Of a DNA stretch of 64,000 nucleotides, positions 27,630 through 36,992 are shown piece by piece. The translations under genes and the position numbers were made by a program. Source of the DNA: Vicinamibacterales bacterium (GTDB taxonomy: Bacteria; Acidobacteriota; Vicinamibacteria; Vicinamibacterales; UBA8438). Below the pieces are notes generated by a model. That model was not told where the DNA came from. It ran no database searches and saw only the letters and a list, made by a program, of their open reading frames with translations. The stretch's first letter is position 1, and each line of letters opens with the position of its first letter. The stretch is from contig CBDDJQ010000011.1 of the NCBI GenBank assembly GCA_965229825.1, positions 460,487 to 524,486 of the forward strand, written 5' to 3'.

Positions 27630-27761
27630 GTCAGTTGGTCGCGAAGTCGGTCCACCCCTGCCACCAGGTGTCCTGTCCGCCGCCGGCCGGTCCGAGTCAG
27701 TTGGTTGCGAAGTCGGTCCACCCCTGCCACCAGGTGTCCTGTCCGCCGCCGGCCGGTCCGA
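27630..27761. repeat. Tandem duplication, 66-bp unit, copying the 3' end and stop of the 27697-29172 gene
   Basis: GTCAGTTGGT(C/T)GCGAAGTCGG...GGCCGGTCCGA at 27630-27695 and 27696-27761. Confidence 0.95.
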
Positions 27762-29172
27762 CCGCGCCGATGAAGTTGGCGACGTCGAAGAAGCCGTCGC
27801 TGGGCGGCACGGACCAGGACACCGCCCCGGTCAGGGCCGGTGACGACGCGGCCGGCTGATAGTTCGGGCTCGACAGGTTGTAGGGATCGGTGAGCATCGG
27901 GTCGGCGAACGAGACGTTGGAGCTGCCGGTGACGAAGTCCTTCGTCGTGGTCGAAGCCTCGGCGTCGTCGCTGTCGGGCCGGAATTGACCGTCGCATCCG
28001 ATCACCGAGCAGTTGCCGAAGATGATGCCGCTCGCGAGCGTCAGGTTCCCTTTCTCGACCTGCTCGAACGTCACCGTGTGGTCGATGTCCACTGACGCCT
28101 CCTTGAAGCCGGTGATGATGAAGTTCCGGATCGTGGCGGAGGTGCCCTCCCGCAGCAGCATCCCGATGTCGCTCTCGCTGCCCTGGTCGGTGTCGGGGTC
28201 GCCGATCAGGGTCAGGTTGTACAGGGTCGGGTTGGAGCGCGGCGTCAGGGTGTTGTTGTCGCCGTTGTTGTCCGCCTCGATGCCCTGGTCGGCGTCGTCC
28301 CCGCTCTGCATGACGATGATGAACTGGCCCTTGCCGGTCCAGCCGTCGGTCCAGTCGACGCTGTCGTCGGCGATGCCCTGCAGCACCACGTGCTTCACCG
28401 CGACGGTGCCGCCGAAGAATTCCAGGCCGTCGTCCTTGTTGTACTTCACCATGATGTTGTCGACCTCGGTCCCGCTGCCGACGCCCTGGAAGGCGATGCC
28501 GTTCAGCTCGTTGTCGGGGCTGAACTCGGTGCCCGCGAACTCCACGCGGACGTACTTCAGGTGCCCGCTGTCGTCCGTAGCGTTGGTGCCGCCGTAGTTG
28601 CCGGTGTCGCCCTCGCCCACGCTCTCGCTGCCCGGCACGTTGAGCGGCGCGCCGCCGTTGATGATCAGCCCGCCCCAGTCGGCGCGCCCCCGCTCGCCGA
28701 TGGGCTGGTCGCTGCTGAACACGATCGGGGCGCTGGCGGTGCCGTTGGCGAGGATCTGGGCGCCGCGGGCGATGATGAGGGTGCCGTTGGTGGCGAACTC
28801 CCCGAAGATCTCGGTGCCGGCGTCGATGGTGAGCCGGGCCGGCGAGTTGACGAACACGGCGCCGCGCAGCACCCAGTAGCTGTTGCTGTCCCAGGTCGTG
28901 TCGCTCGTGATGCTTCCGCTGACGACACAGACCTCCTTGTCGATGCCGTCGACGTTCCGGCACGAGGTCGTCGACTGGGTGAATGCCGGTTCTCCGGTCA
29001 GCAGGATGCCGGCGCCGGCGAGCAGCAGCGCCGCCGCGGCGCCGCCGAGGAGCCCGTGGTGAAACCCCGCGTTGCACCGAGACCGGCGAGGCGCGGGATG
29101 CATCGCCGGTCGATTGCAGCGGGGACTTTCACTACGGGCTCCCGGGGTCGTGCTGTGCGTATTGGTCCACAT
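27697..29172 (-). CDS. Secreted parallel beta-helix protein associated with a TonB receptor (function unknown)
   Basis: LTIDAGT, GTASAPIVFSS, WGGLIING.AP, YGGTN..DDSG.LKYVRVEFAG, NELNGI...GVGSGT, DDGLEFFGGTV, WWQGWT; MITE inserted in the N-terminus. Confidence 0.8.
   Translation of the reverse strand: MWTNTHSTTPGARSESPRCNRPAMHPAPRRSRCNAGFHHGLLGGAAAALLLAGAGILLTGEPAFTQSTTSCRNVDGIDKEVCVVSGSITSDTTWDSNSYWVLRGAVFVNSPARLTIDAGTEIFGEFATNGTLIIARGAQILANGTASAPIVFSSDQPIGERGRADWGGLIINGGAPLNVPGSESVGEGDTGNYGGTNATDDSGHLKYVRVEFAGTEFSPDNELNGIAFQGVGSGTEVDNIMVKYNKDDGLEFFGGTVAVKHVVLQGIADDSVDWTDGWTGKGQFIIVMQSGDDADQGIEADNNGDNNTLTPRSNPTLYNLTLIGDPDTDQGSESDIGMLLREGTSATIRNFIITGFKEASVDIDHTVTFEQVEKGNLTLASGIIFGNCSVIGCDGQFRPDSDDAEASTTTKDFVTGSSNVSFADPMLTDPYNLSSPNYQPAASSPALTGAVSWSVPPSDGFFDVANFIGAVGPAGGGQDTWWQGWTDFATN
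29050..29141. mobile_element. Short (92-bp) MITE copy inserted in frame in a CDS
   Basis: GAGCCCGTGGTGAAA...TTTCACTACGGGCTC terminal inverted repeats; same family as 36760-36983. Confidence 0.85.
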
Positions 29173-29238
29173 GCTGGTCTGTCCTGGTTCGGATGATTCG
29201 AATCTCTGCTCTGTTCTCTGTTGCGTCCCGGACGGTGT

Positions 29239-32070
29239 CTACGGATGCACCGACAGGCCGAAGGCCATGGTGCGGCCGAGCTTGTACACCCGCTGGTCCT
29301 GTCCGCCCTGCTGGAAGACGTAGGGTTCGTCGGTCAGGTTGGTGACCGCGAATCTGAAGCTCACCTGACTGAATCGCTTCGAGAAGACGAAGTCGAGCGA
29401 GTTCCGCCCATCCTGGACGATGTCGGGCAGACCGAGCGAGCCGACGTCGCTGATGCGGTCGTCGAAGAAGTTCAGGAGCAGGCGGCCGGAGTAGCCCCCG
29501 TTCCTCACTTCCAGCATCGTGTTGAAGAGGTTCTTCGAGGTGCCGGCGAGCGGACGCACCAGCGACGTCTGCACCTGCCGAGAGGCGGCGTCGAGGGTGA
29601 CCTCGGAGTCGACGTAGGTGTAGTTGGCGCCGACGAACAGATACTCGCCGATCGACTTGCGTCCCTCGATTTCGAAGCCGGCGTTGCGGGCGGAGTCGGC
29701 GTTGGTGAACGAGGTCCGGAGCTGGGCCGTCGGCTCGACGATCCGCTCGATCGGGTTGTCGAAGTTCTTGTAGAAGAAGCTGGCCGCGACCACTTCCTCC
29801 CCGGCACCGGGAAACAGCTCCCAGCGCACGTCGAAGTTCTGAATCAGCGACTGCTCCAGATCGGGGTTGCCCACGGTGGCCCGCCCGCCGACGACGTCGG
29901 TGAACTCGAACGGCGCGACCTCCCGGAACTCGGGGCGGTTGACGGTCTGGCTGAACCCGACCCGCAGGTTCTGATTGTTCCGGACGGAGTACACCATGTT
30001 GACCGCCGGGAAGATGTCGGTCTCGTTGAGCTCGGCCCGGATGACGTCCGCATCGCCGAAGACGGCGCGCGCGAACGGGTCGAAGGTGTCGACCTGCTGC
30101 CGGAAGTTCTCGACCCGGGCCCCCGCCACGAGGCGAAGCCGAACGGCCAGCGGAAGGTCGACCATGCCGTAGGCCGAAACCGTCTCCTGGGCCGCGTCGT
30201 ACTGGTCGGTCGGCCGCGTTTCCTCCTTGAGCTGGAAGTTCCGGCCGATGTGGCTCGGCGTGAACAGGTCCTCGGCCGGCAACGAGAGGTCGAGTCCGCT
30301 GGTGCTCGTCGGCACGAACCGGAGCCGCCGAGAGAGGAAGTCCCGGCTGCGATCGATGTAGCTGGTGCCGAACTTGAACTGGGTCGGGAGCCCCGCCCAG
30401 TTCTCCACCAGCGTCGACCAGTTGAGGTTGAACTCCACGCTGTCGTCCACGAGGTCGTTGAACTGCCGCAATCCGCTCTGGGACTCGTCGGCGAGCACGA
30501 ACGCTTCGCGAGCGGGGTCGAACTCGTACAGCACCTCGCGCAGGTCCGGTTCCGCGCGATCCGCCTGCGAGAACGCGACCTTCCAGTCGAGCCGGCTGTT
30601 CGAGGCGTTCGGGAACAGATGGTCGCCGCCCACGTGGTGCGCCCGAATCTGCTCCTCGACGAAGAAGAGCCGCTGGTTGCGGATGTCGTTGTCCGCGTCG
30701 CTGTTGAATCCCTCGAAGATGCGGGTCTGGTCGGTGCCGACGTGCGTATGGAAGTTGTCGACCGACAGCCGATGGTTCGGGTTGAACTGGTAGGCGAGGT
30801 TGCCGACGCCGCCCACCGTCGACACGAACCGGGTCTCGTTGAAGTCGTAGGGGCCGTTGAACCGCTCGATGCCGCCGCCCGAGCCGACCTTGTAGAACGT
30901 CTGCCGCTCGTTGGTGTTCTGCGAGTTCTGCGAGTGCCGCATCGTGGCGACGACGCCCAGCTTGCCGAAGCGGCCGCCGAACAGCCCGCTGTAGGACTGA
31001 TCCATCGGCTGGTCCTTCGCCACCGGGTCCCAGACGTTGTTGAACGATTCTCCCAGCCGTTCCAGGTCGCTCCGCAGGAATCCCAGCTCGTCGCTCGTGA
31101 ACCGGCCGCCGCGAATGACCTTGCGATCGGGGAAGCCGGCGGGAAGCTCGCGGGTTCCGTCGTCGAACCCGCTCCACGCGCGGCCCCCGTTGTAGTCGAG
31201 ACCGCTCCGGCCCGTCGTGATGCTGTTGTGGGCGCCGCCGAGCGAGAACTCGTAGGCGGTCTCGTTCGGCAGCTTCAGCGGAATGATCTCGACGAGCCCG
31301 CCCGCGAACTGCGACGGCTTGTCGGGGGTGTAGGTCTTGCTGACCTGGACGCTGTCGATGAGGCCGGCCGGGAACAGGTCGAGGGGCACCACCCGGCGGT
31401 CCGGCTCGGTGGTGGGCAGGGTCGTGCCGTTCAGGGTCGTGTTGCTGTAGCGCTCGCCGAGACCCCGCACGAAGACCGACTGGTTGTCGACGACCGAGAC
31501 CCCGGTGACCCGGCTCATGGCGTCCGCCGCGTCCGAGTCGTTGTTCGATCGCATTTCCGCCGCGCCGATGTTGTCCTGTACCGCCGGCGCGCGCATCCGC
31601 AGCATCATTTGCGCCGACGCGGTGGAGCTTTGCGCTTCGAGGGTGGCGGCGATGACGGCCACCTCTTCCGCGAAGACGTTGGTGGTCAGCGAGACCTGGA
31701 CCTCGGTGATCTGTCCCGGGACGATCTCGATGTTGACGAGCTGCTCGGCATATCCGCCGAGCGAGATTCGCAACTGCTGCTCGCCGGCCGGCAGCTCCAG
31801 GTTGTAGCGGCCGTCGAGGTCGGTATAGGTGATGCAGGTGGTGCCGACCGCTTCGACCGGCACGCCGGGGAGGGTGATCGCATTCGTCTGGTCGATGACC
31901 ACCCCGGCCACCCGTCCCATGTCCTGCGCCGCGGCCGGGGCGGCGCCGAGCAGCAGGGCTGCCGCCATCCAGATTCGGAACCGTGTTCGTATGCCGTCGT
32001 CTCCACGCAGTCGGTCCCGTCCGGCGCGCGACGGGCGGGCGGGGGGACCGCTGTTTTCCCGATTTGTCAT
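29239..32070 (-). CDS. TonB-dependent outer-membrane receptor (start uncertain: 32070, 31992 or 31968)
   Basis: Signal peptide; CarboxypepD_reg-like domain; plug motif VRGLGERYSNTTLNG...VPLDLFP; beta-barrel with SQTVNRPEFRE, GNPDL, NFDVRWE, NLTDE. Confidence 0.93.
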   Translation of the reverse strand: MTNRENSGPPARPSRAGRDRLRGDDGIRTRFRIWMAAALLLGAAPAAAQDMGRVAGVVIDQTNAITLPGVPVEAVGTTCITYTDLDGRYNLELPAGEQQLRISLGGYAEQLVNIEIVPGQITEVQVSLTTNVFAEEVAVIAATLEAQSSTASAQMMLRMRAPAVQDNIGAAEMRSNNDSDAADAMSRVTGVSVVDNQSVFVRGLGERYSNTTLNGTTLPTTEPDRRVVPLDLFPAGLIDSVQVSKTYTPDKPSQFAGGLVEIIPLKLPNETAYEFSLGGAHNSITTGRSGLDYNGGRAWSGFDDGTRELPAGFPDRKVIRGGRFTSDELGFLRSDLERLGESFNNVWDPVAKDQPMDQSYSGLFGGRFGKLGVVATMRHSQNSQNTNERQTFYKVGSGGGIERFNGPYDFNETRFVSTVGGVGNLAYQFNPNHRLSVDNFHTHVGTDQTRIFEGFNSDADNDIRNQRLFFVEEQIRAHHVGGDHLFPNASNSRLDWKVAFSQADRAEPDLREVLYEFDPAREAFVLADESQSGLRQFNDLVDDSVEFNLNWSTLVENWAGLPTQFKFGTSYIDRSRDFLSRRLRFVPTSTSGLDLSLPAEDLFTPSHIGRNFQLKEETRPTDQYDAAQETVSAYGMVDLPLAVRLRLVAGARVENFRQQVDTFDPFARAVFGDADVIRAELNETDIFPAVNMVYSVRNNQNLRVGFSQTVNRPEFREVAPFEFTDVVGGRATVGNPDLEQSLIQNFDVRWELFPGAGEEVVAASFFYKNFDNPIERIVEPTAQLRTSFTNADSARNAGFEIEGRKSIGEYLFVGANYTYVDSEVTLDAASRQVQTSLVRPLAGTSKNLFNTMLEVRNGGYSGRLLLNFFDDRISDVGSLGLPDIVQDGRNSLDFVFSKRFSQVSFRFAVTNLTDEPYVFQQGGQDQRVYKLGRTMAFGLSVHP

Positions 32071-32093
32071 GCATGCAATGGTATAGAGCGGCT

Positions 32094-32131
32094 GTGACAG
32101 AGAGATTACGGGACGATTACGCTCGCGTTAA
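32094..32131 (-). promoter_or_regulatory. Pho-box-like array of four half-sites upstream of the TonB receptor
   Basis: Minus strand TTAAC-N6-GTAAT-N6-GTAAT-N6-GTCAC, exact 11-bp period (+ strand starts 32094, 32105, 32116, 32127). Confidence 0.7.
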
Positions 32132-32197
32132 TTTCGGAGTGTCCAATCCCGATTCGGCCGGCTGCATCCGGATCCGATCGGTGATCGGGGATGAACG

Positions 32198-32303
32198 CGG
32201 TGGGTTGGTGCACCTGGGCCGATTGCGGGCCAGGCTGGGACCGGCCGGCGGGCAGATTGAAACGGTGTTCGGTCTCGGCTACCGGTTTGCCGAGAATCTG
32301 TAA
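32198..32303 (+). pseudogene. C-terminal remnant of an OmpR/PhoB-family winged-helix regulator
   Basis: VHLGRLRARLGPAGGQIETVFGLGYRF*, comparable to VHIRRLREKL...IVTIKQFGYKF of the intact regulator at 36005. Confidence 0.8.
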
Positions 32304-32326
32304 CCCAGAATTTACACCTTCTTAAC
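32300..32326 (+). promoter_or_regulatory. Pho-box-like array upstream of the pst operon
   Basis: GTAAC-N6-TTTAC-N6-TTAAC at 32300, 32311, 32322. Confidence 0.7.
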
Positions 32327-32383
32327 AGTGGTGGGCCTGACTGACGCTAGTGTACGAACATCGTAGGCGGACTCCGCTGTGGT

Positions 32384-32595
32384 TTGTTGGCGGCGTCCCG
32401 GCGGTTCCCGGTCCTGCCGGTGGCCGGCATCGGGGTTCTGGCCGCGCTTGCGGGGATGGCCGCGTGCAGCGGGTGGAGCGACCGTGCCTGGTGCGGCGAC
32501 GGGTGGACGACCGGGTCCTCGGTACGATGTGCGGCGGCCCGGGCGAGGGTGACCAGATCGCTTCGCTGGAAGCGTTGCTGACCCGGTCGCGATGA
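32384..32595 (+). pseudogene. pstS: Internally deleted pstS (phosphate-binding lipoprotein) remnant
   Basis: Lipoprotein leader ...GIGVLAALAGMAAC joined out of frame to LVRRRVDDRVLGTM.GG...SLEALLTR*, which resembles PstS/SphX C-termini; lies between the Pho box and pstC. Confidence 0.6.
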
Positions 32596-32667
32596 CGGGG
32601 GGCCGCGTCGTTTCTTCACACCTGCCCGCCGGGCCGCGCCCGGGGGCCGTCACTCGGCACTGCGAAC

Positions 32668-33546
32668 ATGGCGCGGACATCACAGGACCGCATCGAGGGC
32701 GTCATCGAATGGGTGCTCCGCGCCTGCGCGGGGGTGTCGGTGCTCGCGACCGTCGGCATCGTGTCCATCCTGTCCATCGAGACCATTCAGTTCTTCCGTG
32801 AGGTGTCGCCGTTCGAGTTCCTGTTCGGGACGGTGTGGACCCAGCAGTCCTTCGGTGTGTTGCCGCTGGTGGTGGGCACTCTGCTCGTGTCGGCCATCGC
32901 CCTCGCGGTGGCGCTGCCGGCCGGGCTGCTGACCGCCATCTATCTCAGCGAGTACGCGCCGTCGAAGGTGCGCCGAAGCGTCAGGCCGGTGCTGGAAGTC
33001 CTCGCGGGCCTGCCGACCGTCGTGTACGGCTACTTCGCGCTGCTCGTCGTCACCCCCTTCCTGCAGCAGTTGATCCCGGGCCTGTCCGGGTTCAACGCGC
33101 TGAGTCCCGGTCTGGTGATGGGCGTCATGATCCTGCCGATGGTGTCCTCCCTGTCGGAAGACGCCCTGCAGGGGGTTCCGCGGGGTCTCAGAGACGCGTC
33201 CCGGGCGTTGGGGGCCACCCGCATGCAGACCACGCTCGGCGTGGTTCTGCCGGCCGCGTGGTCGGGGGTCTCGGCCGCCGCGGTCCTGGCCGTCTCGCGC
33301 GCCATCGGCGAGACGATGATCGTGGCCATCGCGGCCGGACAGCAACCGCGGCTCACCCTCAATCCGTTGGTGCCGATCGAGACGATGACCGCGTACATCG
33401 TGCAGGTCAGTCTCGGCGATACTCCGGCCGGGACCCTGGCCTACCGGACGATTTTCGCGGTCGGCATGCTGCTCTTCATCAGCACGCTGCTTCTGAACCT
33501 CGTCAGCACCTGGCTGCGCGGGCGGTATCGGGAGACGTACACGTGA
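32668..33546 (+). CDS. pstC: Phosphate ABC transporter permease PstC
   Basis: [36 protein letters not shown] loop, [10 protein letters not shown]. Confidence 0.96.
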   Translation: MARTSQDRIEGVIEWVLRACAGVSVLATVGIVSILSIETIQFFREVSPFEFLFGTVWTQQSFGVLPLVVGTLLVSAIALAVALPAGLLTAIYLSEYAPSKVRRSVRPVLEVLAGLPTVVYGYFALLVVTPFLQQLIPGLSGFNALSPGLVMGVMILPMVSSLSEDALQGVPRGLRDASRALGATRMQTTLGVVLPAAWSGVSAAAVLAVSRAIGETMIVAIAAGQQPRLTLNPLVPIETMTAYIVQVSLGDTPAGTLAYRTIFAVGMLLFISTLLLNLVSTWLRGRYRETYT

Positions 33547-34388
33547 CCCGGCAGTTGCGGAACCGGCTGTCCGACCTGGCCCTGCACGGTCTGGGGTTGG
33601 GCGCCACCCTGATCGGGTTGCTGGTGCTTGCGATCCTGCTGGCCGACATCTTTCGCGAGGGGCTGGGGCGGCTGTCCTGGGACTTCCTGACGAGCCTTCC
33701 ATCGCGTCGCGCCGAGAACGCCGGCATCTTCGCGGCCCTCACCGGCACGGTGTGGGTGATCACCCTGACCATCGTGCTGGCGGTGCCGATCGGGGTGGGG
33801 GCGGCGGTCTATCTGGAAGAATACGGCGAGCGCGGGTGGCGGGCCCGTCTGATCGAGATCAATATCGCCAACCTCGCGGGGGTGCCGTCGGTGATCTACG
33901 GGCTCCTGGGGTTGGGGCTCTTCGTGCGCACCCTGGGGTTCGGCCGGAGCGTCCTGGCCGGTGCCGCCACCCTCGCCCTGCTGGTGCTGCCGGTGGTGAT
34001 TCTGTCCTCGCGCGAAGCGCTCCGGGCGGTGTCGCCGTCGTTGCGGGAGGCGTCGTACGCCCTCGGGGCGACGCGGTGGCAGACCGTCTGGCATCAGGTG
34101 CTGCCGGTCGCCCTGCCCGGCATGCTCACGGGGATGATACTGGCGTTGTCGCGGGCGATCGGGGAGACGGCGCCCCTGATCGCGATCGGGGCCCTGACCT
34201 ACGTGCCGTTTGCGCCGGACGGCGTCTGGTCGCCGTTCACGGTGCTGCCGATTCAGGTGTTCAACTGGGTGTCCCGGCCGCAGGAGGCGTTTCTCGAGAA
34301 CGCGGCTGCCGGTATCATTGTGTTGCTGGTCCTGCTGTTCGCGATGAACGGCTTTGCCGCCTGGTTGCGGGACCGATATCAGCGGTGA
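33543..34388 (+). CDS. pstA: Phosphate ABC transporter permease PstA
   Basis: GTG overlapping the pstC stop; [47 protein letters not shown]. Confidence 0.96.
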   Translation: MTRQLRNRLSDLALHGLGLGATLIGLLVLAILLADIFREGLGRLSWDFLTSLPSRRAENAGIFAALTGTVWVITLTIVLAVPIGVGAAVYLEEYGERGWRARLIEINIANLAGVPSVIYGLLGLGLFVRTLGFGRSVLAGAATLALLVLPVVILSSREALRAVSPSLREASYALGATRWQTVWHQVLPVALPGMLTGMILALSRAIGETAPLIAIGALTYVPFAPDGVWSPFTVLPIQVFNWVSRPQEAFLENAAAGIIVLLVLLFAMNGFAAWLRDRYQR

Positions 34389-34418
34389 CGACCGTGGCGC
34401 GGCCGGCCGCTCGAGACA

Positions 34419-35252
34419 ATGGCCTCACGCAGCACGGCGATACCGTCCCTGGCCGACGTCGCGGCGCGCGGCGGCGATCGCGAGGTTGCCGACATCGGGA
34501 CGAAGGTCGACGTCAGAAGCCTGAGTTGCTTCTACGGTGAGACGCGGGCCCTCGACAACGTGTCGATGCGCATCCCCGCGAACCAGGTTACGGCGTGCAT
34601 AGGTCCCTCCGGATGCGGCAAGAGCACGTTTCTCCGGGCGCTGAACCGGATGAACGAGATCATTCCGGCGACCCGCGTGACCGGATCGGTCACCATCGAC
34701 GGACAGGACATCTACGCCTCCGATACGGATCCGGTGCAGGTGCGCCGCCGTGTCGGCATGGTGTTCCAGAAATCGAATCCGTTCCCCAAGTCGGTTTTCG
34801 AGAACGTCGCGTACGGATTGCGTATCAACGGCCTGACCGAATCACGGACCGAGCTGGAGGATCGGGTCGAAGCCAGCCTGATGGCCGCCGCCCTGTGGGA
34901 CGAAGTGCACGACCGGCTGGGGGAGTCGGCGCTCACCCTGTCCGGCGGCCAGCAGCAGCGGTTGTGCATCGCGCGGGCGCTGGCCGTCGAGCCGGACATC
35001 CTGCTGATGGACGAACCGGCGTCGGCCCTCGATCCCATTGCGACGCAGCGCATCGAGGAGCTGCTCTATCAGCTCAAGCGCCGCTACACGATCGTTATCG
35101 TGACGCACAACATGCAGCAGGCCGCGCGCGTCTCGGACCGCACCGCGTTCTTCTGGCTGGGCAAGCTGGTGGAGCATGATCTGACGAGCCGGATCTTCAT
35201 GGCTCCGGCCCGGAAGCTGACCGAAGACTACGTCACCGGTCGGCTGGGGTAG
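34419..35252 (+). CDS. pstB: Phosphate ABC transporter ATP-binding protein PstB
   Basis: [62 protein letters not shown]. Confidence 0.98.
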   Translation: MASRSTAIPSLADVAARGGDREVADIGTKVDVRSLSCFYGETRALDNVSMRIPANQVTACIGPSGCGKSTFLRALNRMNEIIPATRVTGSVTIDGQDIYASDTDPVQVRRRVGMVFQKSNPFPKSVFENVAYGLRINGLTESRTELEDRVEASLMAAALWDEVHDRLGESALTLSGGQQQRLCIARALAVEPDILLMDEPASALDPIATQRIEELLYQLKRRYTIVIVTHNMQQAARVSDRTAFFWLGKLVEHDLTSRIFMAPARKLTEDYVTGRLG

Positions 35253-35274
35253 CCCACGAATCGTCGAGAGGTCG

Positions 35275-35973
35275 ATGCCGCACTTCCAGGATGATCTCGA
35301 CCACCTCAAGGAGCGGCTGCTGGTGATGGCCGGCGCCGCCGAGGAGCAGGTGCGCGCCTCGGTGCAGTCGCTGGTCGACCGCGATCACGCGGGGGCCGAG
35401 CAGGTGCTGGCCGGCGACGATCCGATCAACCGATTGCACATCGAAATCGACGAGCGGTGCTTCCAGTTGCTCGCGTTGCATCAGCCGGTGGCGACGGATC
35501 TGCGGGTGGTGGTGTCCGGCGTCAAGATAAACAGCGATCTCGAGCGCGTCGGCGACTTCGCGATCAACGTCGCCGAAGCGACCCTCCGGTATCTGGAGCA
35601 TCCGGCGGTCAAGCCCCTGATCGACGTCCCCCGGATGGCGGACATCGCCCAGGGCATGCTGCGCGACGCCCTCGACGCCTTCGTCCGGCAGGACAGCCGG
35701 CTGGCGCAGGAGGTCCTCGACCGCGATGACTCCGTCGACCGCCTCAAGGATCGCGTGTTCCGCGAGCTGATCGGGATCATGTGCGCCGATACCGGGGTGA
35801 CCCAGTCCGCGCTCGAGCTCCTGCTCATTTCGCGACATCTCGAGCGGATAGGCGATCACGCCACGAACATCGCCGAAGAGGCGATCTTCATCGTGTCCGG
35901 GCGCGACGTCCGCCACCACGGACGCGAAGGCGGCGCACACGGCGCCGACCCGGCGCCGCGCCGGGAGCGGTGA
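35275..35973 (+). CDS. phoU: Phosphate signalling complex protein PhoU
   Basis: HQPVATDLR, DLERVGD.A.NVAE, ISRHLERIGDHATNIAE. Confidence 0.97.
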   Translation: MPHFQDDLDHLKERLLVMAGAAEEQVRASVQSLVDRDHAGAEQVLAGDDPINRLHIEIDERCFQLLALHQPVATDLRVVVSGVKINSDLERVGDFAINVAEATLRYLEHPAVKPLIDVPRMADIAQGMLRDALDAFVRQDSRLAQEVLDRDDSVDRLKDRVFRELIGIMCADTGVTQSALELLLISRHLERIGDHATNIAEEAIFIVSGRDVRHHGREGGAHGADPAPRRER

Positions 35974-36004
35974 GCGAGCCGGTGGTTGTCTGAGCCCATT
36001 GCAG

Positions 36005-36685
36005 ATGCCTAGTCGCATACTCGTCGTCGAGGATGATCCGGATATCGCGGAGCTGGTCGAACACCACCTGTCGCGAGCCGGTTTCAGCACCAACGTCGTC
36101 GGAACCGGTACCGACGCCCTGGAGCAAATACGCCAGCTCCCCGATCTGGTCGTGCTCGACTTGATGCTGCCGGGGCTCAGCGGCTTCGAGATCTGCCGGA
36201 TGATGCGCAGCGATCCGAAGACCGCGGCGGTGCCGATCATCATGCTGACGGCGCGGGCGGAAGAAGAGGACCGGGTAAAGGGGCTCGAGCTCGGCGCCGA
36301 CGACTACGTGACGAAACCGTTCAGCCCGAGAGAGCTGGTGGCGCGGCTGCGGGCCGTCCTGCGCCGCACCCAGCCCTACGGACCGGACAAGATCCTCCGG
36401 TTCGGTTCGCTGGTGATCGATCTCGATCGGCACGAAATCAGCGAGGACGGACGACCGGTGCGGTTGACGGCCAAGGAGTTCCTGCTGCTGCAGTACCTGG
36501 TCGAGCACGGCGGCCGGGTGCTGTCGCGCGATCTGCTGCTCTCCGACGTTTGGGGGTACCAGTACACCGGAGGCACCCGCACCGTCGACGTGCACATCCG
36601 GCGGCTGCGCGAGAAGCTGCCCACGCTGGTCGAACACATCGTGACCATCAAGCAGTTCGGATACAAGTTCATCGAGACCCCGTGA
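36005..36685 (+). CDS. phoB: PhoB/PhoP-family response regulator
   Basis: ILVVEDD, LDLMLPG, IMLTA, GADDYVTKPFS; winged helix TRTVDVHIRRLREKL; follows phoU. Confidence 0.92.
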   Translation: MPSRILVVEDDPDIAELVEHHLSRAGFSTNVVGTGTDALEQIRQLPDLVVLDLMLPGLSGFEICRMMRSDPKTAAVPIIMLTARAEEEDRVKGLELGADDYVTKPFSPRELVARLRAVLRRTQPYGPDKILRFGSLVIDLDRHEISEDGRPVRLTAKEFLLLQYLVEHGGRVLSRDLLLSDVWGYQYTGGTRTVDVHIRRLREKLPTLVEHIVTIKQFGYKFIETP

Positions 36686-36759
36686 CGGTCCCCGAACCGC
36701 CGGCGACGGCCGCCGCACCGCGGACGCTGCCGCCGGCCCGCTCCGTCCACTTGCCCAAG

Positions 36760-36983
36760 CAGCCCGTGGCGAAAGTCCCCGCTGCATTCGACCGGCGGCG
36801 CATCCTGCCTGACTGCGTTGTTCCTCGGAGCTGCCCTCTGCTCCGCGGTCACCATATGCCCAATATGCTCCCTCGTCACGCCTTGTCAGGCACGGACGTC
36901 TTCCAGTCCGCTGGCACGGACGTCTTCCAGTCCGCTGGCGCCCCCGCCGGTCTCGGTGCAACGCGGGGTTTCACCACGGGCTG
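36760..36983. mobile_element. 224-bp MITE with 15-bp imperfect TIRs and CAAG target duplication, between phoB and phoR
   Basis: CAGCCCGTGGCGAAA...TTTCACCACGGGCTG flanked by CAAG (36756-36759 and 36984-36987); contains an internal 24-bp tandem duplication. Confidence 0.88.
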
Positions 36984-36992
36984 CAAGGTCCC

